Shown piece by piece: positions 30,069 to 40,371 of a stretch of 64,000 bases of DNA. Position numbers and translations under genes: made by a program. The stretch covers positions 1 to 64,000 of the forward strand of contig JAHQXB010000075.1 in NCBI GenBank assembly GCA_029856435.1. Direction: 5' to 3'. Within the stretch, counting starts at the first letter, position 1. Each line of letters starts with the position of its first letter. Under the pieces are notes generated by a model. It saw only the letters and a program-made list of their open reading frames with translations. It was not told the DNA's origin and did not search any database. The DNA comes from Candidatus Jordarchaeia archaeon (lineage in GTDB: Archaea > Asgardarchaeota > Jordiarchaeia > Jordiarchaeales > Jordiarchaeaceae).

Positions 30069-32392
30069 CCATAAAACCAGAGGATTTCCTTAATCAAATT
30101 AGGAACAGTCTCAGCTACAATAAGCAAATAGAACACGTAGAGATAATCCCCAAACGTGAAGCGAGGTACGGCCAGTTAGATAGCCCGCTGCCCGAACCTT
30201 TGCAGAAATACTTGGATGAATGGGGAATAAGGCTCTATTCGCATCAAGCAAGAGCGATAAATGAAATCAGGAAGGGAAAAAACGTCATCATCACCACACC
30301 CACGGCCTCGGGAAAAACTCTGTGTTTCAACCTACCAGTTATGGAGAGAATCTACGTTGACCCTAAAGCCACCGCGTTATACCTTTATCCCCTGAAGGCT
30401 TTAACCAATGACCAGCTGAAAGTTTTGAGACAGTTGGAGAAAGAAACTGGCATCAACCTCAATGCGAACATCTACGATGGCGACACACCGAGCAGCCTCC
30501 GGCCAAAAATTAGAAAGGAATCCAACATAATTCTTAGCAACCCATATGGACTCCACCTTTATCTTCCCTGGCACAGTAAGTGGGCAAGGTTCTACACTAA
30601 CTTAGCATTCATCGTTCTGGACGAGGTGCACACCTACAGGGGAGTATTCGGCTCCAATATGGCCATGCTTATGAGACGTTTACTTCGGATATGCGAACAC
30701 TACGGATCCGATCCCCAGATAGTTCTCTCCTCTGCAACAATTGCCAATCCTGATGAACTGTCCTCAAAACTTACCGGAAGAAAGTTTGAAGTTGTTTCGG
30801 ATGACGGGGCAGCCCGGGGGCGGCGGTACTTCGTATTTTGGAATCCACCCCCATTGGGTAGGGGGGTTCGAAGCTCCCCACACCAAGAAACAAAAAATCT
30901 ACTAGCCAAGCATGTGGCAAATAATATTCAGACTCTCTGTTTCACAGTGTCCCGGAAAATGGCGGAACTAGTAGCCAGATGGACGAGGGAGGAGATTCCA
31001 GAACTAAGGGATAAAATAACAGCTTACAGGGCAGGATATTTGCCCTCGGAGAGAAGAGACATAGAGAAAATGCTGAGAGAGAAACAACTCTTGGGTGTGG
31101 TCTCCACCAACGCCTTAGAGTTGGGCATTGACATTGGCTCGCTGGACGCAGTAATAATTTCGGGTTATCCGGGCACAATTATATCCACATGGCAACAGGC
31201 AGGCAGAGCGGGTAGAGGAACAGATGATGCACTTATTACTCTAGTAGCTTTTGAAAATCCCCTCGACCAGTACTTTATGAAGCATCCTGAGAAATTTTTT
31301 GGAAAACCCCACGAACACGCCATCATAGATTTGGAAAATCCATATATTAACATGGGACATTTAATATGTGCGGCCGCAGAACTTCCGCTAAGGGATTCCG
31401 ACACTAAATACTTTTTACCTACAAATACCGGGAACAAGGGCAGAGAGCCTTCTGAAATATTTTTGTCAGCCCTAAAAGTTCTCGAGCACAAAAAAGTAAT
31501 TGGGAAAACCCCCGAAGGATTTGTCTACACTGGGACTGGTAGAGCCGCAGAAATGATTTCCCTAAACAGCATCTCCAGCGACCAGGTGAAGGTGATTTGT
31601 GAAGGTAAGATTCTTGAGATAATAGACCGCAACCGAGCCTATTCTGAAGCTCATAGGGGAGCAATTTTTCTGCACCAAGGCGAAACCTACTTCGTCGAAA
31701 AATTAGACCTGAACAATGGAATAGCCTATGTTAGGAAGGAAGATGTTGACTACTACACAGAAGCTGCAGAAACATCTGACATAAAAATAAATCGCGAATT
31801 CAAAGAAAAAACCTGTAATGACTTTAAAGTAAAGCTGGGTGAAGTCACAGTAACCAAGATTTATAACAAGTACTTTTTGAAAAAATATGATGAGATTCTA
31901 GACATTAAACCACTAGAGCTACCGCCAATCGTCTTTGACACCACGGCACTCTGGTTTATCATTCCTGACCAAGTAGTGGACAAAGTCAAAGAGAAAGGTC
32001 TGGATTTTGAGGGGGGAATACACGCAGTCGAACACGCCATGATTGCCATGACACCCTATTTCGCTCTCTGTGACCGCAGAGACATAGGGGGAGTTTCGAC
32101 CAATAAGCACCCAAACACTGGAAAACCCACCATATTCATATACGACGGCTACCAAGGAGGCATAGGGATAAGTGAAAAAAATTACCAGCTCTTCCAAGAA
32201 TTGGCAATCAACACCCTAGAGCTAATTGAGGGCTGCGAGTGCGAAGACGGCTGCCCCTCCTGCATCTATTCTCCAAAATGTGGAAACAATAATGAACCAT
32301 TAGACAAGAAGGCCGCAATAACTATACTGAGAGCACTTAAAAAACATCCTAAAAGAACTGTAAAAGCATCACAAAAAGATGGAAAAACTTGA
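30065..32392 (+). CDS. SF2 DEAD/DEAH helicase with DUF1998 (YprA/MrfA/Hrq-like)
   Basis: TPTASGKT, PLKALTNDQ, DEVH, QQAGRAGR, DRRDIGG, CECEDGCPSCIYSPKC. Confidence 0.92.
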   Translation: MTIKPEDFLNQIRNSLSYNKQIEHVEIIPKREARYGQLDSPLPEPLQKYLDEWGIRLYSHQARAINEIRKGKNVIITTPTASGKTLCFNLPVMERIYVDPKATALYLYPLKALTNDQLKVLRQLEKETGINLNANIYDGDTPSSLRPKIRKESNIILSNPYGLHLYLPWHSKWARFYTNLAFIVLDEVHTYRGVFGSNMAMLMRRLLRICEHYGSDPQIVLSSATIANPDELSSKLTGRKFEVVSDDGAARGRRYFVFWNPPPLGRGVRSSPHQETKNLLAKHVANNIQTLCFTVSRKMAELVARWTREEIPELRDKITAYRAGYLPSERRDIEKMLREKQLLGVVSTNALELGIDIGSLDAVIISGYPGTIISTWQQAGRAGRGTDDALITLVAFENPLDQYFMKHPEKFFGKPHEHAIIDLENPYINMGHLICAAAELPLRDSDTKYFLPTNTGNKGREPSEIFLSALKVLEHKKVIGKTPEGFVYTGTGRAAEMISLNSISSDQVKVICEGKILEIIDRNRAYSEAHRGAIFLHQGETYFVEKLDLNNGIAYVRKEDVDYYTEAAETSDIKINREFKEKTCNDFKVKLGEVTVTKIYNKYFLKKYDEILDIKPLELPPIVFDTTALWFIIPDQVVDKVKEKGLDFEGGIHAVEHAMIAMTPYFALCDRRDIGGVSTNKHPNTGKPTIFIYDGYQGGIGISEKNYQLFQELAINTLELIEGCECEDGCPSCIYSPKCGNNNEPLDKKAAITILRALKKHPKRTVKASQKDGKT

Positions 32393-32440
32393 ATTTGGTT
32401 TTCCCCATTCTGGTTACCAATTCGGGTTTAATTTATGAAA

Positions 32441-33530
32441 TTAGTGCACGCTTTCCTTGTCGAATCTTATCATTGCGCTGCTAATTTTTTCTTCAGGTAT
32501 TTCTTCACGCACCCTTATCATGGTTATGGCGTTATGAGGACACTTGTGGGAGCATATTCCGCAGCCTATGCATCTTTCTTCCAGTATCATTATTTTGTTG
32601 TCGGACAAATCGTCCTTGTGAGGGTAGTGATGCCACATTGCCTGCATGGGGCAGTTTTTGACGCAGGTTTCGCAGAGTTTACAGGCTTCCTTGTTTATCT
32701 GGGGAAGGAAGTTGGATTTGGTTTGTGTGCGTGGGTTGTATTGTCGCATGATTACTCCCAGTATGCCACAGCAGCAACTGCAGCAGTTGCAGGTTATTAC
32801 TGGTTTTTTGGCTTGGTTAGTTGTGTTATGAAGGAGACCGTGATCTTCACAGTCTTTGATTATTTTCAGAGCCTCTTCCTTAGTAACGTGCCTTGCCCCT
32901 TGATACTTGACTATGTAGTCTGCTATGGAGTCAAAGGTCATACAAACTTTGGGATTATCACATCTGCGGTTGAGCAACCTACAGTAACAGTTGAAAACAG
33001 CTATGGATCTATAATCGGAAATGTACTCACTAATCCTTTCAAAGGGAAGCACTTCGGTGGTGGGATCCAATTTTTCCTCTATAGGAATGGTTCGAAAAAG
33101 AGGATAATTAGACACAGTAATTTTAGACGCAGTAATTTCATGTCCAAAGCCCGTATATTTTTCCATAATTTTGTGAATCTCACGCTTCGCATCAGTTAAC
33201 TGTCCCTGACCCACATGATACTCGCTGAGGCCGGGAAGCAACATCAACAGAGAGTAACGTGGCTTTCTGTCCTCCTTGCCTTCAAATTTGATGATGAGCC
33301 CCCTCCTTGTAAGCCCCTTAAACATGGATTTTACGTGGTGTTCATCCAGTCCCAGTTGCGCCCTGCCTGTTCTACTGTTTTTGCATCTATAACCGGCATT
33401 TTGTAGGAGGAGAGGAACTCTGCCTCTTGGGTGTGAATATTCTTTTGAGAATCTCAAAAAATCTCATTCTGTTTAGGAAGCTTCATAAACCAGTTGTTCA
33501 TTATCATCTATAAGTTCTAGTAAGCATCAG
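32441..33530 (-). pseudogene. 4Fe-4S dicluster protein with disrupted N-terminal HTH region
   Basis: C-terminal part intact (CYCR, CNCCSCCC, two CxxCxxCxxxC); 5' part needs frameshifts (EILKRIFTP / EAEFLSSYKMP / AQLGLDE) and contains stops. Confidence 0.7.
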
Positions 33531-33571
33531 CCAAAAGCAATCCTCCACTAACAAAAGGATGAAGTAATAGT

Positions 33572-33679
33572 GGTGATGTAGAATTGTTCGGTTTCGCCTC
33601 AAAAAGGGGGTGTTTATAGGGCTTCTTTCACGATTTGGAGCTTTATTAGGGAGATGGAACCGAATAAATCTGCATCACC
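33572..33679 (+). mobile_element. MITE family A copy (108 bp, 10-bp TSD)
   Basis: TIR GGTGATGTAGA ... TCTGCATCACC; TSD AAGTAATAGT at 33562-33571 and 33680-33689. Confidence 0.9.
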
Positions 33680-33802
33680 AAGTAATAGTTTTGGATAAGG
33701 TTTTAAGCGTTTCTAAAATTTTATTCAAAAAAGAAATAGGAAGTAGCCTAAAAAAATAAAAGGGGGATTAAAGAGAATGAGGCGGAAGTTTTGGTTTGTT
33801 TC

Positions 33803-33952
33803 CTACTTTACAAACTTTTTGGGGTTCTCGTCAAAGGATTTCTTACAGCCAGGTGCGCAGAAATAGTAGGTTTTGCCTTTGTATTCGCTTTTAAATTTGG
33901 CTGTTTTGGGATCCACTTCCATTTTGCACACAGGATCTATAGCTTTGGTCAT
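33803..33952 (-). CDS. YHS/TRASH-domain metal-binding protein (49 aa)
   Basis: Manual translation [49 protein letters not shown]; RBS GGAGG. Confidence 0.9.
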   Translation of the reverse strand: MTKAIDPVCKMEVDPKTAKFKSEYKGKTYYFCAPGCKKSFDENPKKFVK

Positions 33953-36344
33953 TTTTTTCTCCTCCTTTTTTTTCTTTTTCCCTCCTTGGTTTTCTCTTTT
34001 GGGGGTTGAATCTTTTGAGTAAGAGTGAGTTTACCACAACTGTGACTGAGCTCATTGCCATTGCCGCAGCTGCTAGAGCGGGGGGTAACAGTAGGGGGTA
34101 GAGTACTCCTGCTGCTATGGGGATGGCTATAATATTGTATATGAAGGCCCAGAATAGGTTTTGCTTTATCTTGTTCACAGTTTTTTTGCTTAGGCTTATG
34201 GCTGATGCGATGTCTTTCAGGTCGTGTTTTATGAGGACTATGTCGCCGGTTTCGATTGCCACATCGGTTCCTGAGCCTATGGCGATTCCCACGTCTGCCT
34301 GTGCCAGGGCTGGTGCGTCGTTTATTCCGTCGCCCACCATAGCTACTATTTTTCCCTCACCTTGGAGTTTTTTCACTTCGCTTGCCTTGTCCTCTGGCAA
34401 TACTTCAGCTAGCACTCGGTCTATGCCCACCTGGCTAGCTATAGCTTGGGCGGTTTTCTGATTATCGCCAGTAATCATGACTACCTCTAGGTTCATGTTT
34501 TTCAGTTCTTGGATTGCTTCCACAGAGTTTTCCATTAGGGTGTCGGCAACGGCTACTAATCCTTTTACTTCCCCGTCTTCTGCTACGAATAGCACTGTTT
34601 TACCCATCTCCTCAAGTTTTCGTGCCTGTTTTTCATAACTGTTTTTCAGTTTCTCCTCCTTGACCAGTTTTTTGTTTCCCACCAGTATTTCCTTTCCGTT
34701 AAGTTTTGCCTTCACTCCCTTCCCGGGATACTCGTAGAAATCTTTCACCTCGGGGATTTTGATTCCCTTTTCTTCAGCTTTTCTCACCATGGCTTCTGCT
34801 AGGGGATGCTCAGATTTCTTTTCCACCGCAGCTGCTATTTCTAGCACATCTCCCACTATGTCTGTTACTTCTGGTTCTCCTCTGGTTATGGTTCCAGTCT
34901 TGTCTAAAACCACGGTGTTAATTTTGTATGCTTTTTCTAGGGCTTCTCCGCCTTTAACGAGTATACCGGCTTCCGCTCCTTTACCTGTACCCACCATTAT
35001 GGCAGTTGGAGTAGCCAGTCCCAAGGCGCAGGGACACGAAATGACTAGGATTGCAACCAGTATTAACATTGAGAACAGGAGACTCTTTTGACCTATGGTT
35101 ACCCAGTATAGGAATGCTCCCAAAGCTGTGAGGATAACTGAGGGTACAAAAATTGAGGCCACTTTATCAGCTAAGCTTTGGATGGGGGCTTTTGAGCCTT
35201 GAGCCTCCTCCACCATGCGAATTATTTGTGAGAGCATAGTGTCTTTTCCAACCCTTTTTGCTTCTACGCGCAGGTAGCCATTTTTGTTAATTGTGGAACC
35301 TATAACTGGGTCGCCTTTGGTCTTCTCAACGGGTATTGGCTCCCCTGTGATCATGGATTCGTCTACAGTGGAATAACCCTCTACCACGATTCCGTCTACG
35401 GGAATTTTTTCGCCAGGCTTAATTACTAGAATATCCCCTACCACAACTTCATCTATGGGTACTTCGACTTCCTTCCCATCTCGTACTACCGTAGCAGTTT
35501 TGGCTTGAAGCTGTACTAGCTTCTTTACCGCCTCACTGGTTCTTCCCTTAGCGATGGCTTCCAGAAGCTTTCCCAGAGAAATGAACAGTAGTATAAGGCA
35601 TGAAGTATCGTAATATAATTGTCCGGGAATTATGAAGGTGGCAAATACGCTGTAGAAGTAGGCTACCGATGTGCCCATGGCTATTAATACATCCATATTT
35701 GCAGTCTTATTTTTGAGAGAGTAGTATGACCCCCTATAGAACTGGTAGCCTCCAACGAACTGAACCGGGGTGGCCAGGAGAAATAGAAATATGGGGTTTC
35801 GCATTATTTCGGGAATGGGAAAGGGAAGCAGGTCCGCCATATTTCCAAGGGCTACGGGAATAGTAAGTAAGAGTATAAATGCAAATATTCGTTTTTGCTT
35901 TGTGAGTTCTTTTATTGCGGCTTTCTCGGAGTATTCGTCCACTACCCGGTATCCTGCTTCTTTAACCGCTTTTTTCATATCATTAATGGTGGCGGGGGAG
36001 GTATAGGTGACAATGGCGCTCTCAGATCCTAAACTTACCTCAGCTGAGAGTACACCTTCCACTTTTAGTAAGGCTTTCTCGACGGTCTGTACACAGGTTG
36101 CGCAGTGCATTCCAGCTATCTTTAGTCTTACTTTTTCCCTTTTAACGTCGTAACCAGACTTAGTTATCTGATTATGTATAGAGCTTAGGGTAACCTTGCT
36201 TTCATCGAAGACAACAGTGGCACTTTCAGAGCCGAAACTTACATCTGCCTTAGAAACGCCTTCCAGCTCATAAAGCGCCTTCTCTATGGTTCCAGCGCAT
36301 GTTGCACAGTGCATTCCCTTAATGGGAATTTTTTCTTTCCTCAT
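33891..36344 (-). CDS. copA: Cu(I)-translocating P1B-type ATPase
   Basis: Two GMHCATC HMA domains, TGEP, CPCALG, DKTGT, HP, GDGIND, YN and AMAMSS. Confidence 0.93.
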   Translation of the reverse strand: MRKEKIPIKGMHCATCAGTIEKALYELEGVSKADVSFGSESATVVFDESKVTLSSIHNQITKSGYDVKREKVRLKIAGMHCATCVQTVEKALLKVEGVLSAEVSLGSESAIVTYTSPATINDMKKAVKEAGYRVVDEYSEKAAIKELTKQKRIFAFILLLTIPVALGNMADLLPFPIPEIMRNPIFLFLLATPVQFVGGYQFYRGSYYSLKNKTANMDVLIAMGTSVAYFYSVFATFIIPGQLYYDTSCLILLFISLGKLLEAIAKGRTSEAVKKLVQLQAKTATVVRDGKEVEVPIDEVVVGDILVIKPGEKIPVDGIVVEGYSTVDESMITGEPIPVEKTKGDPVIGSTINKNGYLRVEAKRVGKDTMLSQIIRMVEEAQGSKAPIQSLADKVASIFVPSVILTALGAFLYWVTIGQKSLLFSMLILVAILVISCPCALGLATPTAIMVGTGKGAEAGILVKGGEALEKAYKINTVVLDKTGTITRGEPEVTDIVGDVLEIAAAVEKKSEHPLAEAMVRKAEEKGIKIPEVKDFYEYPGKGVKAKLNGKEILVGNKKLVKEEKLKNSYEKQARKLEEMGKTVLFVAEDGEVKGLVAVADTLMENSVEAIQELKNMNLEVVMITGDNQKTAQAIASQVGIDRVLAEVLPEDKASEVKKLQGEGKIVAMVGDGINDAPALAQADVGIAIGSGTDVAIETGDIVLIKHDLKDIASAISLSKKTVNKIKQNLFWAFIYNIIAIPIAAGVLYPLLLPPALAAAAMAMSSVTVVVNSLLLKRFNPQKRKPRREKEKKGGEKNDQSYRSCVQNGSGSQNSQI

Positions 36345-36531
36345 TCTTACTTCCCCATTGATTCCAAAACTTTTAATTTTGTAACCCTTTTCCTTTAATT
36401 TTTCCCCACTTGGCTACAAGTTTTTGGGATAAAAGTGGGATTACAATTGTTAATAATGGTTCGAGTATAATAAAGGTTTCGCGGGGCACACAAGCATACT
36501 AACCGTAAACACCGAAAAAACTAAAATAAAG

Positions 36532-37050
36532 CTATAGTTTAAACCTTATCTCTTCCCGTCCCCCTATTTTGTCGCCCTTCCTGGCCCAGAGTACCAGAAT
36601 GTTATCCATAATCTCGTACTCCATTGGGGTAGTAACTGATAGGATTTCGCAGCCCTCAGGAAACGTCCAAATAGCCTCACAGTCGTACTCCAGAAACTCT
36701 TCCTCAGTCACAGTCACATAAACATTCTCCCCCTTTCTGAATTCGCCCTTAAAACTAATTATCCAGAGGATAAAGGGGCTATTTTCGCTGCCGCGGAACT
36801 CAATATCAGTGTAAATAACTTTGGGATAGACCTTTTTACCATTGACTGTGTTTGTTTCTTCCTCAAGATATCCCTGCATATTTAGCCAGAGCTTTTCTAT
36901 TTCCCTCTCATATTCTTTTGGTTTTGCCTCCAGATTCAAATAGTATTCGTCTGGGTCATAGTAATCGTAGGTGAGAAGTTGATGGAACTCCCCACTGCGT
37001 GACACACTAAAGAACGCGTGAGCATAAAGGGGAACAACATTGTCACTCAC
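36532..37050 (-). CDS. Hypothetical protein (172 aa, acidic, beta-rich)
   Basis: GTG start after GGGTGG; protein-like composition. Confidence 0.7.
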   Translation of the reverse strand: MSDNVVPLYAHAFFSVSRSGEFHQLLTYDYYDPDEYYLNLEAKPKEYEREIEKLWLNMQGYLEEETNTVNGKKVYPKVIYTDIEFRGSENSPFILWIISFKGEFRKGENVYVTVTEEEFLEYDCEAIWTFPEGCEILSVTTPMEYEIMDNILVLWARKGDKIGGREEIRFKL

Positions 37051-37248
37051 GAAACTGCCACCCTTTCTCTAATTGGTGATTTAGTGGGTTTTATTCGCTA
37101 GATTTTTAAAAGGGTTGACTATATTCCAGTTTAATAAATCTATTGCAATAATGCTTTGATATTGCACGAAAGAACAATAATTTATATGAGTCTACTGTTT
37201 ATTGTCTTGAGTCTAAATTTAGATAAATTTGGTGAGAGGTGTTGCGAT

Positions 37249-38037
37249 ATGCCCAAGAAGCAAGAAAATGTAGAAGAATTGAAAATTCGTAGACCGCCGC
37301 GGGTTGGTTTGGTTTTAGGTAGCGCCACCCTGGTTAGCACCATAGCTGCGGCTTTGGCGTCTCTTGGAATTTGTTATGGATTATACCTATTGTTTGACGA
37401 GTTTTGGGGCGGAGCGCCAATTTATGTTTGGATTGCGATAACTCCCTTTTTGTATTTCGCCGTCAAATGGGCCTTCAAACTGACACTACTTTGTTACGCC
37501 CACTTCAACATAAAACCTTTGGAGGAAGGCTACCACGACTTTGATATGCGTGACGAAACAGTTAGAAAGTGGGTTGTAAATGCCGCTCTGACTTCTTTTA
37601 CCGGCGTGATTGTGGGCACCTTTCCTTGGGGTCAACCGGGCATTGGAGCCAGAGTTTTCAGAGCTATGGGTGCCAAAATGGGTAAAAACTCTATTGCCGC
37701 AATACTGGGTGAACCCTATATGGTTGAGATGGGTGACAATTCCACCTGTGGAGTTAGCTCCATTCTAGCGACACATGTAATTGAGGGCAACAAATTCTAC
37801 ATGGCCAAAATAAGAATAGGAAACAATGTGGTGGTAGGGGGGCAATCAATGATCTTTCCAGGAGTCACCATAGGAGATAATTCAATAATTGCAGCTATGT
37901 CCCTTGTCCCCAAAGACACTAAAATTCCTCCAAACACTGTCTGGGCAGGAGTCCCAGCACGTCAAGTGGGCATAGTGGATAAAGATGGAAAAATAGTAAA
38001 AATGCAGACAGAGGAACTGAAAAGACTCGGAAGATAA
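37249..38037 (+). CDS. Membrane-associated hexapeptide-repeat (LbH) acyltransferase
   Basis: Two N-terminal TM helices; GAKMGKN, IRIGNNVVVG..IFPGVTIGDNSII, WAGVPA; start at ATG 37249. Confidence 0.8.
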   Translation: MPKKQENVEELKIRRPPRVGLVLGSATLVSTIAAALASLGICYGLYLLFDEFWGGAPIYVWIAITPFLYFAVKWAFKLTLLCYAHFNIKPLEEGYHDFDMRDETVRKWVVNAALTSFTGVIVGTFPWGQPGIGARVFRAMGAKMGKNSIAAILGEPYMVEMGDNSTCGVSSILATHVIEGNKFYMAKIRIGNNVVVGGQSMIFPGVTIGDNSIIAAMSLVPKDTKIPPNTVWAGVPARQVGIVDKDGKIVKMQTEELKRLGR

Positions 38038-38472
38038 TGACTATTCACACACCTTTTCTTTTGTTTACTATTCCGATTTTTAACAAGGCGAAGACAAATG
38101 GAATGTCTGCCCAACCCTAGGGAGTACCCCAATACTGTTCGAAAGATGTTTTTAGCTGTTTTTACTTAAGGGAAAATTATGTGCTCTGTGGCTGTTTTTG
38201 GCGAGAAAAAACAAGTGCGCAAACAAGCCTTCAGATAAGCCTACTCCGCTCCCTCAACCCAATTTTTCGAACACTATTGGGGAGTACCCCCATTTAAACA
38301 CAACACTTAAGGCGCCCTTCTCCCTAAGCTCATTTTCAAATATTAGCAAATATGCTCTGTTAAACCATTTTACTTTTAAAATAGTTTATGGGGATTCTGA
38401 AAATTTTTCAACAATGTGAAATTGCAAAAAGGCTAAAAATTAAAAAATAAGAATTATCCTACGTGGCAAACG

Positions 38473-38579
38473 GGCGATTTAGATTTATTGGGCTCCTTTT
38501 CCCTAATTAAGGCTCTAAACCGCGAAAGGAGCTTTTATGCGCTCCTTTTTGAGAGGGAATTGAGCTATTATACATAACC
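38473..38579 (-). mobile_element. MITE family A, diverged copy
   Basis: GGCGATTTAGATTTATTGGGCTCC ... TATACATAACC aligns colinearly with 27311-27419. Confidence 0.7.
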
Positions 38580-38588
38580 TATACAATA

Positions 38589-38762
38589 GAGACCTCGCCT
38601 TTAAGTGTGCGGCTTCCTTTCTATCATGATCGTTTTTTTCTCTCAAAAAAAGGAGGCTTAATAGGGCTTCCTTCCAAATTTAAAGCCCAAAAAAAGGGGA
38701 TAAAACTGGCTAACCCTGCACACATATCATGCCAACAACTACATACTTACGACAAAGGTTCC
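38589..38762 (+). mobile_element. MITE family B copy 2
   Basis: GAGACCTCGCCTTTAAGTGTG ... CATACTTACGACAAAGGTTCC; flanking direct repeat TATACAATA (38580-38588, 38763-38771). Confidence 0.85.
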
Positions 38763-38933
38763 TATACAATAAATGATAATCTTTAAATAAGAGGAGCAAA
38801 CATATACTTCAAAATTGGTTGGCGTACTATCTGAGTATTACAAACTTATTTGGGAGCCTAACATAATATTTGATATTTAAAAGGTTACCCACTCAACATA
38901 AGGGATTTATAGAAAAAGATAGGGAAAAGAGTC

Positions 38934-39500
38934 TTGGTGGAGGATGTCGCATTGGTTGGTAGGGAAGATGTGGAGCGAATGAAAAGGACTCTTGACGAGA
39001 TGCTTGAAAGAATCACTGACAGTAAGGCAATGGATAACAAATTTGAGACCATTCACCAGAAAATCATCAGGCTCGATGAGCGAGTGAGGAACATTGAAAC
39101 CCTCATGGAAACTGCGGTTAGGCTGATTCAGGAGCTAATATTTATCTCCTCAGGTGAAAACTTGGAAGTGAAAGAAGAACAGGCTGACGTTAAAAACAAA
39201 GAGGAAGAAAGGAAGCTCAATGAGGAGAAAACCATCCAAAAAATTAATAGGGTCAAAGCGAAAGAGGAGGAGGTTACCGGCGGCGGCTCTTGGGGTCTTC
39301 TCAGCCAGAGGCCAAAAGTTTCACTACATGATTTGGAGCGAGAGCTGGAAAGGCTGTTCAGCAGAATGGCGGAGCTGGAAATCGCCCGGGAGGAAAAAAG
39401 AATCACCAACAGTGAATACCAAATGGTTATTGAGGCCTTGAAGGAGAAAAAAGAAAAAATAACCAAAGATCTGGACAGTTTATTCAACATCACCCTATAG
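38934..39500 (+). CDS. Hypothetical coiled-coil protein (188 aa)
   Basis: Heptad-rich N- and C-terminal helices with a charged linker. Confidence 0.7.
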   Translation: MVEDVALVGREDVERMKRTLDEMLERITDSKAMDNKFETIHQKIIRLDERVRNIETLMETAVRLIQELIFISSGENLEVKEEQADVKNKEEERKLNEEKTIQKINRVKAKEEEVTGGGSWGLLSQRPKVSLHDLERELERLFSRMAELEIAREEKRITNSEYQMVIEALKEKKEKITKDLDSLFNITL

Positions 39501-39526
39501 GGTGGCAAAAGTAAGGGAATTGTGTT

Positions 39527-40042
39527 TTATGTCTTGATGATTTTTTTGTAGTTTTGAGCTAGTTGTGAGTAACTTTCAGCACTGAATTTTATGGTTGCAA
39601 GGTGGGCTTCGCTGATCTGTTTTACCACTTTGCCGGGATTGCCTATAACTAAGCTGCCTGAGGGGATTTTGGTGTTAGGGGTGACAACTGTTCCTGCACC
39701 GATAATGCAATTATCCCCTATCTCTGCACCATCAAGTATAGTGGAGTTAATTCCCACTATCACGTAGTTACCAATTTTTGCCCCATGAATCACGGCTCCA
39801 TGGCCTACTGTCACGTTGTCCCCTATGATTGCTGGTGTTGTTGCCGCGTGAACTGAACAGCAGTCCTGTACATTGGAATTCTTGCCAATCTTTATGGTTG
39901 AGAAGTCGCCTCTAACCACGGCGTAATCAAAAATTGCGCCCATCTCGCCGACTTCTACACCACCAGATACGAAAGCATTCGGACTAACATAAGCAGTGGG
40001 GTGGATCTTTGGAACCTTACCAAGATATTCCACAATTGGCAA
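39527..40042 (-). CDS. Gamma-carbonic anhydrase family protein
   Basis: VRGDF, NVQDCCSVHA, VGHGAVIHG. Confidence 0.9.
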   Translation of the reverse strand: MPIVEYLGKVPKIHPTAYVSPNAFVSGGVEVGEMGAIFDYAVVRGDFSTIKIGKNSNVQDCCSVHAATTPAIIGDNVTVGHGAVIHGAKIGNYVIVGINSTILDGAEIGDNCIIGAGTVVTPNTKIPSGSLVIGNPGKVVKQISEAHLATIKFSAESYSQLAQNYKKIIKT

Positions 40043-40371
40043 TGATTTAACCTCCTTAGATTAAAACCACATACACTATAAATTATAACCATTTATTTTT
40101 TTACCCCATAAATATCCGAAATATCTTCTATGGTTGCCGATTGCGTAACATATTTTTACTCGCATGTTGATTAATTTATTTTGACGATGTTAAATTTTAG
40201 CGATTCCCATCTTAGTGCTACTAAGAGCGGCGGGAAAAGCGTTTTTCCTCACCTAAAAGATAAAAAAACAGTGAGAAGCAGGCAGCAACGAACCAAATTT
40301 AACATTGTCAAGTTATCCTAAAATAGTTGAGAGAAATTAACTAGTTATTCTAGTATCGAGGAGAATATTCT

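Noticed and set aside
32435-33199. 254-aa plus-strand ORF
   Set aside because: Antisense shadow of the Fe-S protein gene; same reasoning applied to the many other short antisense ORFs in the track
33791-34009. 72-aa plus-strand ORF
   Set aside because: Antisense to the YHS gene and copA 3' end
38198-38419. 73-aa ORF in intergenic DNA
   Set aside because: No RBS or motif; next to the MITE cluster; probably spurious
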